A stretch of DNA of 64,000 nt from Deltaproteobacteria bacterium (GCA_019310525.1 JAFDEE010000009.1:16785-80784), one strand, 5' to 3'. Shown: positions 1 to 8,340, numbered from the stretch's first letter. Notes: a model not told the origin generated them from the letters alone. Numbers and translations: made by a program.

Positions 1-83
1 TCCTGTTTCTCTTTTCTCTCAAGACGGTTCAGGAGCTTATCCTGCACCCTCCCACTGTCGAATCTTCTCATAAGCCTTGATGT

Positions 84-126
84 CCAAAACCAAACAGGGG
101 GTCCTTCAGGTAAAAAAGGGCCCCCT
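84..126 (-). terminator. Putative intrinsic terminator downstream of the zinc-ribbon gene
   Basis: Imperfect GC stem AGGGGGTCC (96-104) / GGGCCCCCT (118-126). On the minus strand it is followed by T-rich TTTGGTTTTGG (84-94). It lies about 34 nt after the stop at 160. Confidence 0.45.
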
Positions 127-159
127 CATTGAAAGAAACATTGGACTCCACCGAAAAAA

Positions 160-468
160 TCACTCCCCTGCGCCGGTGGAGGATGAAGGGTTCTTCGATG
201 GCGAATTGCCGGAACCCTCTTTGGTCTTTGCCGTTGACGATGAGTGGTCCCCGGAGGAACTCTTTTTTCTCGTCTCGCCTCCCTTGTTTTTTGAGGCATA
301 GTCGGTCACATACCATCCCGTCCCCTTCAGGTGAAACGTGCTCTGGGAAATCAGTTTCTTGAGTCTTCCGTTGCACGCTTCACATTTCGTGATGGGTGGA
401 TCGGATATCTTCTGAAACACCTCCAATTGAGCGCCGCACTTGGTGCATTCGTATTCATATACCGGCAT
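160..468 (-). CDS. FmdB-type (CxxC-CxxC) zinc-ribbon protein with low-complexity tail
   Basis: N-terminus MPVYEYECTKCG...KCEACNG matches the FmdB-family zinc ribbon. AGGAGG lies 6 nt upstream of the ATG. The gene starts 12 nt after the upstream gene stop. Confidence 0.85.
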   Translation of the reverse strand: MPVYEYECTKCGAQLEVFQKISDPPITKCEACNGRLKKLISQSTFHLKGTGWYVTDYASKNKGGETRKKSSSGDHSSSTAKTKEGSGNSPSKNPSSSTGAGE

Positions 469-480
469 TTGTAACCTCCT

Positions 481-1011
481 TTAACAGAGCGCTACGTCAC
501 AGATTCTATGGTGCCTGTAAGCCTCCAGCACATAATCCAAGCGGGGGAGGGACAAGCCCTTTAACACCCTGAAGGTGGTTTCATGAACAACGCTCTCTTC
601 TTTTTCCCTGCCTTTGACCGGGAAGGTGAATCGCTGGCTGAAATTGCAAAACCGGACGATATGGACCAGTTCGTGCGTGAAAACATAGACCAGGAGGGGC
701 AGCAACGTCAGCCTCTTATCCCTTCGTAACGCCCGCTGTATGATGTGGTCCTGAAGACAGATAAAATAAAAATCGCGCTCCTTGGTCTTCAGTTCATAGT
801 GGCTCAGGGATCGCGATCCCTTCCTGAGCAAGGCAAAGGCATCGGGTGTGATCTCTTCGTCGCGCAAGGACCGGAGGGTCTTGACGTCGTAAGGGTGTCT
901 TTTCCACTGCCCCAGTGAAAACTTGTAGAAATTCGTCACCCGGTCTTCGGCGATCTCGTGGGCCTCATTGACCCATTTCATGTCCTTGCTGTCAAAGGGC
1001 GAAAGATCCAT
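481..1011 (-). CDS. Hypothetical protein with HExxH (HELVH) motif
   Basis: 176-aa ORF with normal amino-acid composition and a THELVHIVRF metalloprotease-like motif. It is tightly linked to the downstream zinc-ribbon gene. No family recognised. Confidence 0.65.
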   Translation of the reverse strand: MDLSPFDSKDMKWVNEAHEIAEDRVTNFYKFSLGQWKRHPYDVKTLRSLRDEEITPDAFALLRKGSRSLSHYELKTKERDFYFICLQDHIIQRALRRDKRLTLLPLLVYVFTHELVHIVRFCNFSQRFTFPVKGREKEESVVHETTFRVLKGLSLPRLDYVLEAYRHHRICDVALC

Positions 1012-1104
1012 CTTCTATGCCCCGACCTTTTGAACCCTTTTTTCACGGACAAGAATTTACGCCAGTGCTCCGTATCTTCTGTCTTCGGCCGAAAAAAATA
1101 TACT

Positions 1105-1181
1105 TGGTGGCGGTGACTGGATTCGAACCAGTGACTCTGCGGATATGAGCCGCATGCTCTGACCAACTGAGCTACACCGCC
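1105..1181 (-). tRNA. tRNA-Met (anticodon CAT), encoded CCA
   Basis: The reverse complement folds as a cloverleaf: acceptor GGCGGTG/CACCGCC, D stem GCTC/GAGC, anticodon stem TGCGG/CCGCA with loop CTCATAT, T arm ACTGG-TTCGAAT-CCAGT, 3' ACCA. The G1-C72 pair argues against an initiator. A tRNA-Ile2 (lysidine) identity cannot be excluded. Confidence 0.93.
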
Positions 1182-1192
1182 AACGGCCCCTT

Positions 1193-1220
1193 AATGTATT
1201 CAAAACACCCTGTTTGTCAA
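1193..1220 (-). promoter_or_regulatory. Putative sigma70 promoter of the tRNA gene
   Basis: On the minus strand: TTGACA (1220-1215), 16-nt spacer, TACATT (1198-1193). It ends 11 nt before the mature tRNA 5' end. Confidence 0.45.
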
Positions 1221-1416
1221 CGAAAAATCGCGGATTGCCAAGGAAACCTCTCTAAAAAAATAATGACGGATTTTACCCTTGTCAACGCCCCATATTCGGA
1301 TCCCCGGAGGATGGGGAAAAGGTCCTTGACATGAATCGTCGAGAATTGTTAGGCATTCTTTCATACGGTTTTGCGGTCCGTGTACGAATCTTCTGGAGAA
1401 AAAAGGTGGAGCTATC

Positions 1417-2112
1417 ATGGAAAAAAGAGGGATCATCACTGCCAGGACCTGCCCCCGTTGCGGTCACCACGAGATCGGCTACACGACAAGGGATGGGAAC
1501 TTTCATCCTCTGCAACCGGGAATGATGATCGAGGTATTGGATCCCTCCGGAAAACCGGATTCCACTCTCCCTCCGACCCCGGACCCCTATCCCGCCGGCC
1601 TGATGAAGGACCCGGGGGGCGATGTCCTTCAGGGTTCCGAACCGATTCCCCCGGGGAAAGATTTTCGATCCTATTCTCCATGGTGCCCAGAGGAGATCAG
1701 GGGAGAGGCAAGGCTCCGGAAAAAGTACGGGATCCTGGTTCCATCAGATACCGCTATTGATGAGATCTCGCCTGAAAAATACCGAATGGTCTATCTTGAA
1801 AAACTCCGGTATCTCATCGAGAAAGAAATCTTCGTCCCCATTGCTGTTTTGCTCGACCGCTACTTCACCGCCCCCCACCTGGCCTCCGGAACACCGAAAC
1901 AGATCTCTGAAGCCATGTGGAATGAACTTTCCGAAGTGCAGGAGCCTGTAAACCGAATGAGTGACTGGTTGATCCACGGAGACGAGGAAAGCTTCGTCCG
2001 CTTGATCCACCCCCTCTCGAAAGCTGAGCTGGGTAATGAACCGATCGACGACCATGGATTGAAGCTGGAACTGGAGGGCCTGACCCTGGAGGAATTCCTG
2101 GAACTACTTTAG
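1417..2112 (+). CDS. Hypothetical protein (N-terminal CPRCGHHE half zinc-ribbon)
   Basis: 231-aa ORF. GGTGGAG RBS lies 6 nt upstream of the ATG. The acidic helical C-terminal half is protein-like. It is followed by a terminator. No family recognised. Confidence 0.65.
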   Translation: MEKRGIITARTCPRCGHHEIGYTTRDGNFHPLQPGMMIEVLDPSGKPDSTLPPTPDPYPAGLMKDPGGDVLQGSEPIPPGKDFRSYSPWCPEEIRGEARLRKKYGILVPSDTAIDEISPEKYRMVYLEKLRYLIEKEIFVPIAVLLDRYFTAPHLASGTPKQISEAMWNELSEVQEPVNRMSDWLIHGDEESFVRLIHPLSKAELGNEPIDDHGLKLELEGLTLEEFLELL

Positions 2113-2140
2113 CGGAAACCAGGTGACCTTGGGAGATACT

Positions 2141-2176
2141 AAAAAAGGAGCGGGGAAGTATCCCGCTCCTTTTTTA
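2141..2176. terminator. Bidirectional intrinsic terminator between convergent genes
   Basis: AAAAAA-GGAGCGGG-loop-CCCGCTCC-TTTTTT. The stem is flanked by an A-run and a T-run, so it works on both strands. It sits between the stop at 2112 (+) and the etfA stop at 2213 (-). Confidence 0.75.
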
Positions 2177-2212
2177 TCAGCTTCTACCCCCCGGATGGGG
2201 AGCTAAACAGGA

Positions 2213-3196
2213 TCAGAGGTATTTTTTCACCTCTTCAGTAAGCGGGGGAAGGACCTTGAAAAGATCGTCCACCACACCGTAGTCGGATTTCTGGAAGATG
2301 GGTGCATCGGGATCCTTATTGATGGCCACGATCACCTTGGATGTGCTCATACCTGCCAGGTGCTGAATGGCCCCTGAAATGCCGCAGGCGATGTACAGAT
2401 TGGGCGAGACGACCTTTCCCGTCTGGCCGACCTGGTCCGTATGGTCCCTCCAGCCCGCATCCACAGCCGAGCGGGAAGCGCCGACGGACGCGCCGATCAC
2501 GGCGGCCAGGTCTTCAAGGACCTTGAAGCCCTCGGGGCCCTTGACTCCCCTGCCACCGGAAACAATCTTGTCGGCTTCGGTGAGATCGATCTTGCCGCTC
2601 TCATCCCTGATAACTTCCACCACCTTGGTCTTCAGGGCGGCATCATCAAGGGTGACGGCCGCTTCCTGGATTTCAGCCGACCTGGATGAATCGGGCTCGT
2701 TAACGGCCATGACATTGGGCCTGGCGGTGGCCATCTGTGGGTAACCGTCCTTGAAGGTTACCTTGGCATAGGCCTTTCCGGCATAGATGGGTCGTACGGC
2801 GACCAGGTTGCCGTCTTCGATGGAAAATGCGGTGCAATCCTGTGCCATACCCACACCGAGACGTGCGGAGAGCCGACCTGCAAGATCCTTACCCTGTACC
2901 GAGGCTCCCATGATCAACACGGCCGGATCGTTGGCCTTGACCACTTCGGCCAGAACCGCCGTATAGGCATCCGTGGTATAGGGGTCCAGACGCGGATCCT
3001 CAGCCACAATGACCTTGTCGGCTCCGTATTGACCGAGTTCCCCTGCCTTGTCCTTTACATTGGCACCCAAAAGGACGGCAATCACCTCCTGTCCCAGGGC
3101 GTCCGCGAGCCGTCTTGCTTCGCTCACTACTTCATATGATATTTTACGGAGTTCTCCGTCTCTTTGTTCAGCTATCGCCATTACTCCTTGTGCCAT
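2213..3196 (-). CDS. etfA: Electron transfer flavoprotein subunit alpha
   Basis: EtfA-type sequence with C-terminal FAD-binding region PNLYIACGISGAIQHLAGM. The start was moved to the ATG at 3196 (MAQGVMAIAEQRDG), which has AAGGAG 8 nt upstream. The track start at 3217 lacks an RBS. Confidence 0.9.
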   Translation of the reverse strand: MAQGVMAIAEQRDGELRKISYEVVSEARRLADALGQEVIAVLLGANVKDKAGELGQYGADKVIVAEDPRLDPYTTDAYTAVLAEVVKANDPAVLIMGASVQGKDLAGRLSARLGVGMAQDCTAFSIEDGNLVAVRPIYAGKAYAKVTFKDGYPQMATARPNVMAVNEPDSSRSAEIQEAAVTLDDAALKTKVVEVIRDESGKIDLTEADKIVSGGRGVKGPEGFKVLEDLAAVIGASVGASRSAVDAGWRDHTDQVGQTGKVVSPNLYIACGISGAIQHLAGMSTSKVIVAINKDPDAPIFQKSDYGVVDDLFKVLPPLTEEVKKYL

Positions 3197-3291
3197 TTTT
3201 CCGTCTCCTTGTATCACTTGAAATAAAGGTTGGAATTCCCGAGTTTACTGGGTCTTAAAACCTCTCTCGACCAGGAAAACCCACGGCTCTC

Positions 3292-4086
3292 TTAGATGAC
3301 CTTGGCCTCCTCGTGAAGCAACTTTGCCAGTTCCGCCGCCTTGGCCTCCGGTGAATCGCCGTCAATGATCTTGCCGGCCTGTCTGGCCGGGGGAGGAGTC
3401 AGCTCAAGGATCTGTAGTTTCCTGGCTCCCTCGCCGAATTCAGAGGCATCCAGGCCGAGGTCCGCAAGGGTTTTCTCCTCAAGAGGTTTCTTCTTGGCTT
3501 TCATGATCCCGGGCAGGGAAGCATATCTGGGCTCATTCAGACCTTTCTGGGCGGTAATAAGGGCCGGGAGGGATGACTCGATGACCAGGGTCTGTCCTTC
3601 TACGGGCCTTTGCACCTTGACGCTCTTTCCGTCTTCGGCCACCTCCACCTTCGTAATGATGGAAAACTGGGGAATATCCAGGAATTCGGCCAGGGCGGCG
3701 CCCACCAATCCGTTGTCCTCATCCACGCCCCGCTGGCCCGTAAAGATGATGTCAAACTCAAGCCCCTTGATGGCGGCCGCAAGGGCCTTGGCCGTGGCGA
3801 TGGAATCGCTCCCCTCAAGGGCGGGATCGCTGATCAGTACGGCCTTGTCGGCCCCCATGGCCAGCGCGGTACGAAGGGATTCCGTTACCCTCTTGGGGCC
3901 CAATCCGATCACCGTGACTTCCCCTCCGAATTTTTCTTTGATTTTCAAAGCTTCTTCGACGCCGAATTCATCATAGGGGTTCATCACCCACTTGATATCG
4001 CTTTGGTCAATGCTTTTTCCATCCGAAGCGATCTTGATCTGGGTCTCCGTATCCGGAACTTGTTTTATACATACGATGATGTTCAC
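3292..4086 (-). CDS. etfB: Electron transfer flavoprotein subunit beta
   Basis: N-terminus (M)NIIVCIKQVPDTE is typical of EtfB. GTG start preceded by AAAGGAG. Located directly upstream of etfA. Confidence 0.92.
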   Translation of the reverse strand: MNIIVCIKQVPDTETQIKIASDGKSIDQSDIKWVMNPYDEFGVEEALKIKEKFGGEVTVIGLGPKRVTESLRTALAMGADKAVLISDPALEGSDSIATAKALAAAIKGLEFDIIFTGQRGVDEDNGLVGAALAEFLDIPQFSIITKVEVAEDGKSVKVQRPVEGQTLVIESSLPALITAQKGLNEPRYASLPGIMKAKKKPLEEKTLADLGLDASEFGEGARKLQILELTPPPARQAGKIIDGDSPEAKAAELAKLLHEEAKVI

Positions 4087-4388
4087 TTTCGTCTCCTTTC
4101 CTTCCTGTTGGGTTTATGGATTGACCCTTCCAACGCTGTCTGGCGAGGGTACCCGCCCCGAAAAGAGGCAGGCCTGAAAACCGTTAAAAATCCAGCGGCG
4201 AAGGCATATCACATTTTTCCACTGTTGGCAATACCCAAAATCCGGAATGCCTGTGGTTCCTCCACCACCCACCTCTCACCACAGACGCCCGGAACGATCC
4301 CGTCCCATGCCCCACACTTCATTAAAGGGACCCTCTTTACCCGGCCCTTCAATGGAGCTTTACTTTGCCCTCCTCCTTGTTATAAATA

Positions 4389-4500
4389 GTGTCCATCCAT
4401 AAATGGCCCTTTTCCCCAATCTCTGCGTCAGGCTCAGATTTTAATCCTCGAAATACTTCAATGTATTCCTGCGGTTAAAATCTTCGCCTTCCTTGACCTT
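4389..4500 (-). mobile_element. Truncated class-B copy of the MITE-like element (core plus one GTGTCCATCCATAAATGG terminus)
   Basis: 4389-4406 GTGTCCATCCATAAATGG is followed by the shared core CCAATCTCTGCGTCAGGCTCAGATTTTAATCCTCGAAATACTTCAATGTATTCCTGCGGTTAAAATCTTCGCCTTCCTTGACC. This is nearly identical to 15516-15608. No intact second terminus. Strand is given for the S-strand defined by copy 7464-7606. Confidence 0.75.
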
Positions 4501-4526
4501 TTTTCCCTTGAGAGGAACACCTGTTT

Positions 4527-5300
4527 ATGCGCGGCCTCGTTACGGCCCTCCGAACCCTGACGGTAATACCCGTACCGGGGAAGGAGGGCGAGCATCTCTC
4601 CGATTCCCTGCCTTGGTTTCCGGTTGCAGGCTTGGCTCTGGGCGCCCTTTTTTATCTTCTCGCCCGCCTTTGGCTGGAGATATTGGGTGATTCCTGGTCC
4701 TCCGGAGGCGGTGCGCTCATCCTGTTTGAAACCATAATCCTTACAAGGGGACTCCACCTCGACGGACTGGCGGATTGGGCCGACGCCCTGGGCATCCGTA
4801 AAGGAAGAAAGCAAAGACTCGCCGTCATGAAAGATCCCCATCTGGGAAGCTTCGGGGTCCTGGCCCTCATCAGTCTTCTTCTCTTGAAATGGGCCGCTCT
4901 TTCGAGGTTGCTTGCCTCAGGGTCGATCCTCTGGCTGTTGGCGATCGGAACCGTTTCAAGGGGCATGATGGTCGAGTTGATCACCACCCTTCCCTATGCG
5001 CGTTCGGGGGAAGGCACGGCTCGTCCCTTCCTGGAGGGTGCGCGCCCCAAGCACAGGTTCCTGGCCTTCTCTATCACCCTTGCCCTTTGCCTGTGGCCGG
5101 GTCCGGTGGGTTTGGTGCTCTTCGGAGCGGGATGGATCGTCACCCACATCATGAGATACTTCTATAAAAAGGGATTCGGGGGAATCACGGGAGATCTACT
5201 TGGTGCCAACTGCGAAATCGTTGAGACGGTCCTCCTTTTCCTTTGCGCATTGCCCGGGGAACGACTGCTTCCCGTGACAGGCTGGAGTTGGCTGCAATGA
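4527..5300 (+). CDS. cobS: Adenosylcobinamide-GDP ribazoletransferase (cobalamin synthase)
   Basis: CobS-like N-terminus MRGLVTALRTLTVIPVPG and a polytopic membrane profile. First gene of a cobS-cobD-cbiB cluster. Confidence 0.85.
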   Translation: MRGLVTALRTLTVIPVPGKEGEHLSDSLPWFPVAGLALGALFYLLARLWLEILGDSWSSGGGALILFETIILTRGLHLDGLADWADALGIRKGRKQRLAVMKDPHLGSFGVLALISLLLLKWAALSRLLASGSILWLLAIGTVSRGMMVELITTLPYARSGEGTARPFLEGARPKHRFLAFSITLALCLWPGPVGLVLFGAGWIVTHIMRYFYKKGFGGITGDLLGANCEIVETVLLFLCALPGERLLPVTGWSWLQ

Positions 5301-6373
5301 TGGAAACGATAAAACCCCACAAGCATGGGGGGCTGGAAGGTCTCTGCCTGGAGAACCCGGTGCTTGATTTCAGCGTAAACCTCAACCCCTTGGGGCCGCC
5401 GGAGATCATCCGCCGATGCTGGAAGGAATTGATCCACGGCATTGAGGGTTACCCGAGCCTGGAAGGCCGGGGAGTGAACGACTACTTCGAGAAGAAGTTC
5501 CAGCTCGATCCCGAAGGCGTTCTGGCCGGGAACGGCTCGACGGAGATAATCTACCTCACCGCCCGCGTCCTGGGCGTCAAGCGGACCCTGGTTGTCGTGC
5601 CCTCCTATTACGACTACCAGCGGGCATCCCTCCTGGCGGGAACCCGGGTCCACCTGTTTCCGCTCCGGGCCGATGAGCATTTCTCCCCGGACCCGGAGGC
5701 CCTTTCCGCGGCCCTCCAAGAAGCCGACGCCCTTTGGTTGGGGCACCCGAACAATCCCACGGGGAGTCTTTTCCCTGAAAATCTGCTCCATGAGCTTGCC
5801 GGGGCCTACCCGGAAAAGTGGATCATCGTGGACGAGGCCTTCATGCCCTTTGCGGAGAACGGGAAGGTTCGGAGCCTGATTCGGGGACACCTGGAGAAAA
5901 ACATCCTGGTGATCCAGTCCCTCACGAAATTTTACGCCCTCGCCGGGTTGCGTCTCGGGGCGATCGTGGCCCACCCTGAGGTCATCTCCCGCCTGAGGGC
6001 GGCCAAGGAACCCTGGACCGTGAACGGCCTTGCGGAGCGAATCGCCCCCTTGCTCCTCCGATGCCCGAAGTACGAGGAAAGGACCCGTGTCCTCGTAGGC
6101 AGGGAGCGCCGCCGCCTCTTGAGGCACCTTTCCTCCCTGCCCGGCCTTGAGGTTTATCCTTCCGCTGCAAATTACCTCCTGTGCCGGTGGAAAAGTACCC
6201 CGGGATTCGAGGACCTGCTCAAGCACCTCCTTGAGCGGGGAATCTACGTGCGGGATTGCAGGAACTTCACCGGGCTCGAAGACCGATACTTCCGTATCGC
6301 AGTCCGCCAACCAGGGGACAACGACCGACTGATCTCCGCCCTTTCTTCCTTCCCCGGGATGGAAAATGGCTGA
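5297..6373 (+). CDS. cobD: L-threonine-O-3-phosphate decarboxylase (CobD-type PLP enzyme)
   Basis: HGG near the N-terminus, the PLP-lysine motif SLTKFYALAGLRLG, and RYFRIAVR as in Salmonella CobD. The ATG at 5297 overlaps the cobS stop (ATGA). The upstream extension to 5243 was rejected. Confidence 0.82.
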   Translation: MMETIKPHKHGGLEGLCLENPVLDFSVNLNPLGPPEIIRRCWKELIHGIEGYPSLEGRGVNDYFEKKFQLDPEGVLAGNGSTEIIYLTARVLGVKRTLVVVPSYYDYQRASLLAGTRVHLFPLRADEHFSPDPEALSAALQEADALWLGHPNNPTGSLFPENLLHELAGAYPEKWIIVDEAFMPFAENGKVRSLIRGHLEKNILVIQSLTKFYALAGLRLGAIVAHPEVISRLRAAKEPWTVNGLAERIAPLLLRCPKYEERTRVLVGRERRRLLRHLSSLPGLEVYPSAANYLLCRWKSTPGFEDLLKHLLERGIYVRDCRNFTGLEDRYFRIAVRQPGDNDRLISALSSFPGMENG

Positions 6374-7355
6374 AACGATCGCGGTTCTTTTCTCGGCCTA
6401 CCTGCTGGATCTTGTTATCGGAGATCCCGTGTATTCCGCTCATCCCATTCGGCTCCTGGGATACGGTATTTCACGCATGGAACGGGTATTGCGGGGTCTC
6501 GGTTTGGGGGGAAGGGGGGGAGGGATTCTGCTCGCAGGAATTATGGGGATCTTCTTTCCCGGAGCCTGTATCGGTCTCGAAAGACTTTTCTCTTGCCTCG
6601 ACCCATGGATCGGTGCCCTGTTTAAGGTATACCTCTGTTATTCATTCCTGGCCCTGGGCGACCTATTCCGCCATGTCAGGCCGGTTATCGGTCACCTTTC
6701 CCTGGATCACCTTCTTCTTGCCAGAAAGCAAATCAGTCTCGTGGTAGGGCGGGAGGTGGACCGGCTGGACAAGTTCGCCGTCGCGCGGGCGGCCGTGGAA
6801 ACGCTGGCCGAAAATTTCGTGGACGGGTTCCTTTCCCCACTGTTCTGGTACCTGGCAGGAGCCCACATTTCCCTTCTCACCCGCACCCCTCCCTGCACGA
6901 CCGCCCTTTTTTTCATGGCCTTGTTCAAGACGGCCAGCACGCTGGATTCCATGGTCGGGTACCGGAATGAACGTTACCGGCATTTCGGATGGGCCGGGGC
7001 AAAGTTGGACGATGCCATGAATTTCCTGCCCGCCAGGATCTCCCTGGGTCTGCTCTTTGCGGGTGCGGTGTTTTCGGGAGCGCGACCTGTCAAGGGATTG
7101 AAAACAGCCCTTCGAGACCGGTTGAAGCATGATTCTCCCAATTCCGCCCACGCGGAAAGTTTCCTGGCCGGAGCCCTGGAGATCCGCCTGGGCGGCCCAA
7201 CCCGGTACCCGGGAGGTGTCAAAAACCGGCCTTGGCTGGGAACCGGGACGGAAAAGGTCCAACCCGCTCATATAAAAAAGACATTGACCCTCCTGACCTT
7301 TTCCGCCTGGATATCCATTTGTATCGGCATGGTTCCTTTTCTCTTGGTGTATTGA
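6366..7355 (+). CDS. cbiB: Adenosylcobinamide-phosphate synthase
   Basis: CbiB signature N-terminus LLDLVIGDP..HPIRLLG and membrane profile. Overlaps the cobD end by 8 nt. Confidence 0.88.
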   Translation: MAETIAVLFSAYLLDLVIGDPVYSAHPIRLLGYGISRMERVLRGLGLGGRGGGILLAGIMGIFFPGACIGLERLFSCLDPWIGALFKVYLCYSFLALGDLFRHVRPVIGHLSLDHLLLARKQISLVVGREVDRLDKFAVARAAVETLAENFVDGFLSPLFWYLAGAHISLLTRTPPCTTALFFMALFKTASTLDSMVGYRNERYRHFGWAGAKLDDAMNFLPARISLGLLFAGAVFSGARPVKGLKTALRDRLKHDSPNSAHAESFLAGALEIRLGGPTRYPGGVKNRPWLGTGTEKVQPAHIKKTLTLLTFSAWISICIGMVPFLLVY

Positions 7356-7463
7356 AGTAGCCACTCCCTGGGGAGGCAAGTGAATCCCACCGTTGTCGGG
7401 ATCTCTTCCTGAGCAGCGGTTTTTCAGCCCCGGGGCGTGATGTTTATTCCCCCGGCTCACTCC

Positions 7464-7606
7464 GAGACCTTTGAAAAACGTTCAATTTTGTTCAAGGTCA
7501 AGGAAGGCGAAAATTTTAACCGCAGGAATACATTGAGGTATTTTGAGGATTAAAATTTGAGCCTGACGTAGAGATTGGGCAAAAGGGGACGTTTTTCAAA
7601 GGTCTC
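7464..7606 (+). mobile_element. Canonical class-A MITE-like element (143 bp)
   Basis: 18-bp TIRs: GAGACCTTTGAAAAACGT (7464-7481) and ACGTTTTTCAAAGGTCTC (7589-7606). Perfect 5-bp direct repeat ACTCC at 7459-7463 and 7607-7611. About 90% identical to 47578-47719. Confidence 0.85.
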
Positions 7607-7645
7607 ACTCCCTCTCTCACAAGCAAGATAGAACCCGGGTGAAAA

Positions 7646-8107
7646 TCATAGTCCCCAACGGCGGAGGGTCTCCAACATCCGTTGCCTATGGGTTCCGGGC
7701 CAGAAATAACGGCCGCAGGATGGACAATGGCGGAGATCGTCCGTGTATGTATGGAATACATATTCCGGAACACTTGCGCTGGCCGCCTCGGGATCGGCCC
7801 GCTCCAAAGGCGCGTTACAGGCCAGGCACCGGGTGAACCTACTCGAAGGGGCCAGAGCAAGCAAACCCGACGCCTTCATCTCCCTGAGCTGTTCTCCCAC
7901 GTGATTTGACCTGATCAGGAAAGCGCCGGGGAACCTTTCCAAGATCACCAAACGCCGGGAAAGAAGAGTCCTCCCCTCTCGGATGCATTCCAAGGATAGC
8001 TTCTCTTCAAGACGGCCGTAACGGGTATCGTAGCCCAGGACCCGCAGCCACTTGGCCAGCTTTCCCAGCATGACGTCCGCCACAAACCGTGGTGCTTCAG
8101 TCTGCAT
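7646..8107 (-). CDS. Mut7-C (DUF82) PIN-like RNase domain protein
   Basis: VMLGKLAKWLRVLGYD N-terminal motif and a C-terminal zinc ribbon CLACN...CPSCGRYFW, typical of the Mut7-C family. The ATG at 8107 is preferred over the GTG at 8116. Confidence 0.75.
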   Translation of the reverse strand: MQTEAPRFVADVMLGKLAKWLRVLGYDTRYGRLEEKLSLECIREGRTLLSRRLVILERFPGAFLIRSNHVGEQLREMKASGLLALAPSSRFTRCLACNAPLERADPEAASASVPEYVFHTYTDDLRHCPSCGRYFWPGTHRQRMLETLRRWGL

Positions 8108-8243
8108 CGATCCCACCTCTCTCCCTCCAAATCCGTTGACGGGGATCCCGGATTCCTATAGATTACTTCTTCCTAAACTGAGGGTTTCAAAATTTTGATG
8201 ATTTGAAAAAGATACATATGGCATGCTCTTGACTTTACAGGTT

Positions 8244-8340
8244 GAGACCTTTGAAAAACGTTCAATTTTTGTTGGTTCCTCGACGTTTTGTGTGGATTTG
8301 ATCCTTCTATAATCAAATCCACACAAAACGTCGAGGAACC
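8244..8340 (+). repeat. Solo class-A terminus followed by a perfect 29-bp-stem palindrome
   Basis: 8244-8273 GAGACCTTTGAAAAACGTTCAATTTTTGTT equals the element terminus plus its subterminal sequence. It is followed by arms 8274-8302 GGTTCCTCGACGTTTTGTGTGGATTTGAT and 8312-8340 (exact reverse complement), with a 9-nt loop CCTTCTATA. No second TIR follows. Confidence 0.8.

Noticed and set aside
1-71. Possible 5' end of a minus-strand gene (ATG at 71, MRRFDSGRVQDKLLNRLERKEKQ...) running off the window.
   Set aside because: Only 23 codons are visible and the RBS (AAGG) is weak. It sits right after a putative terminator with no room for a promoter. The evidence is too thin to call.
4087-4526. Possible cobalamin riboswitch upstream of cobS.
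   Set aside because: I looked on both strands for the conserved B12-box and GGTG...AATCC core. Only weak partial matches turned up (for example GCCAACAGTGG on the minus strand), and those are on the etfB side. An Infernal scan with RF00174 would settle it.
5162-6310. Long antisense ORFs in the supplied track. Examples: 5162-6310(-), 10735-12159(-), 24345-25730(+), 33533-34519(-), 40903-42081(-), 55054-56451(+), 58525-59082(-).
   Set aside because: Each lies opposite a gene with strong, full-length family signatures. Their translations are R/G/P/H-rich low-complexity sequence, typical of stop-poor antisense frames in GC-rich DNA. None has an RBS or a recognisable domain.
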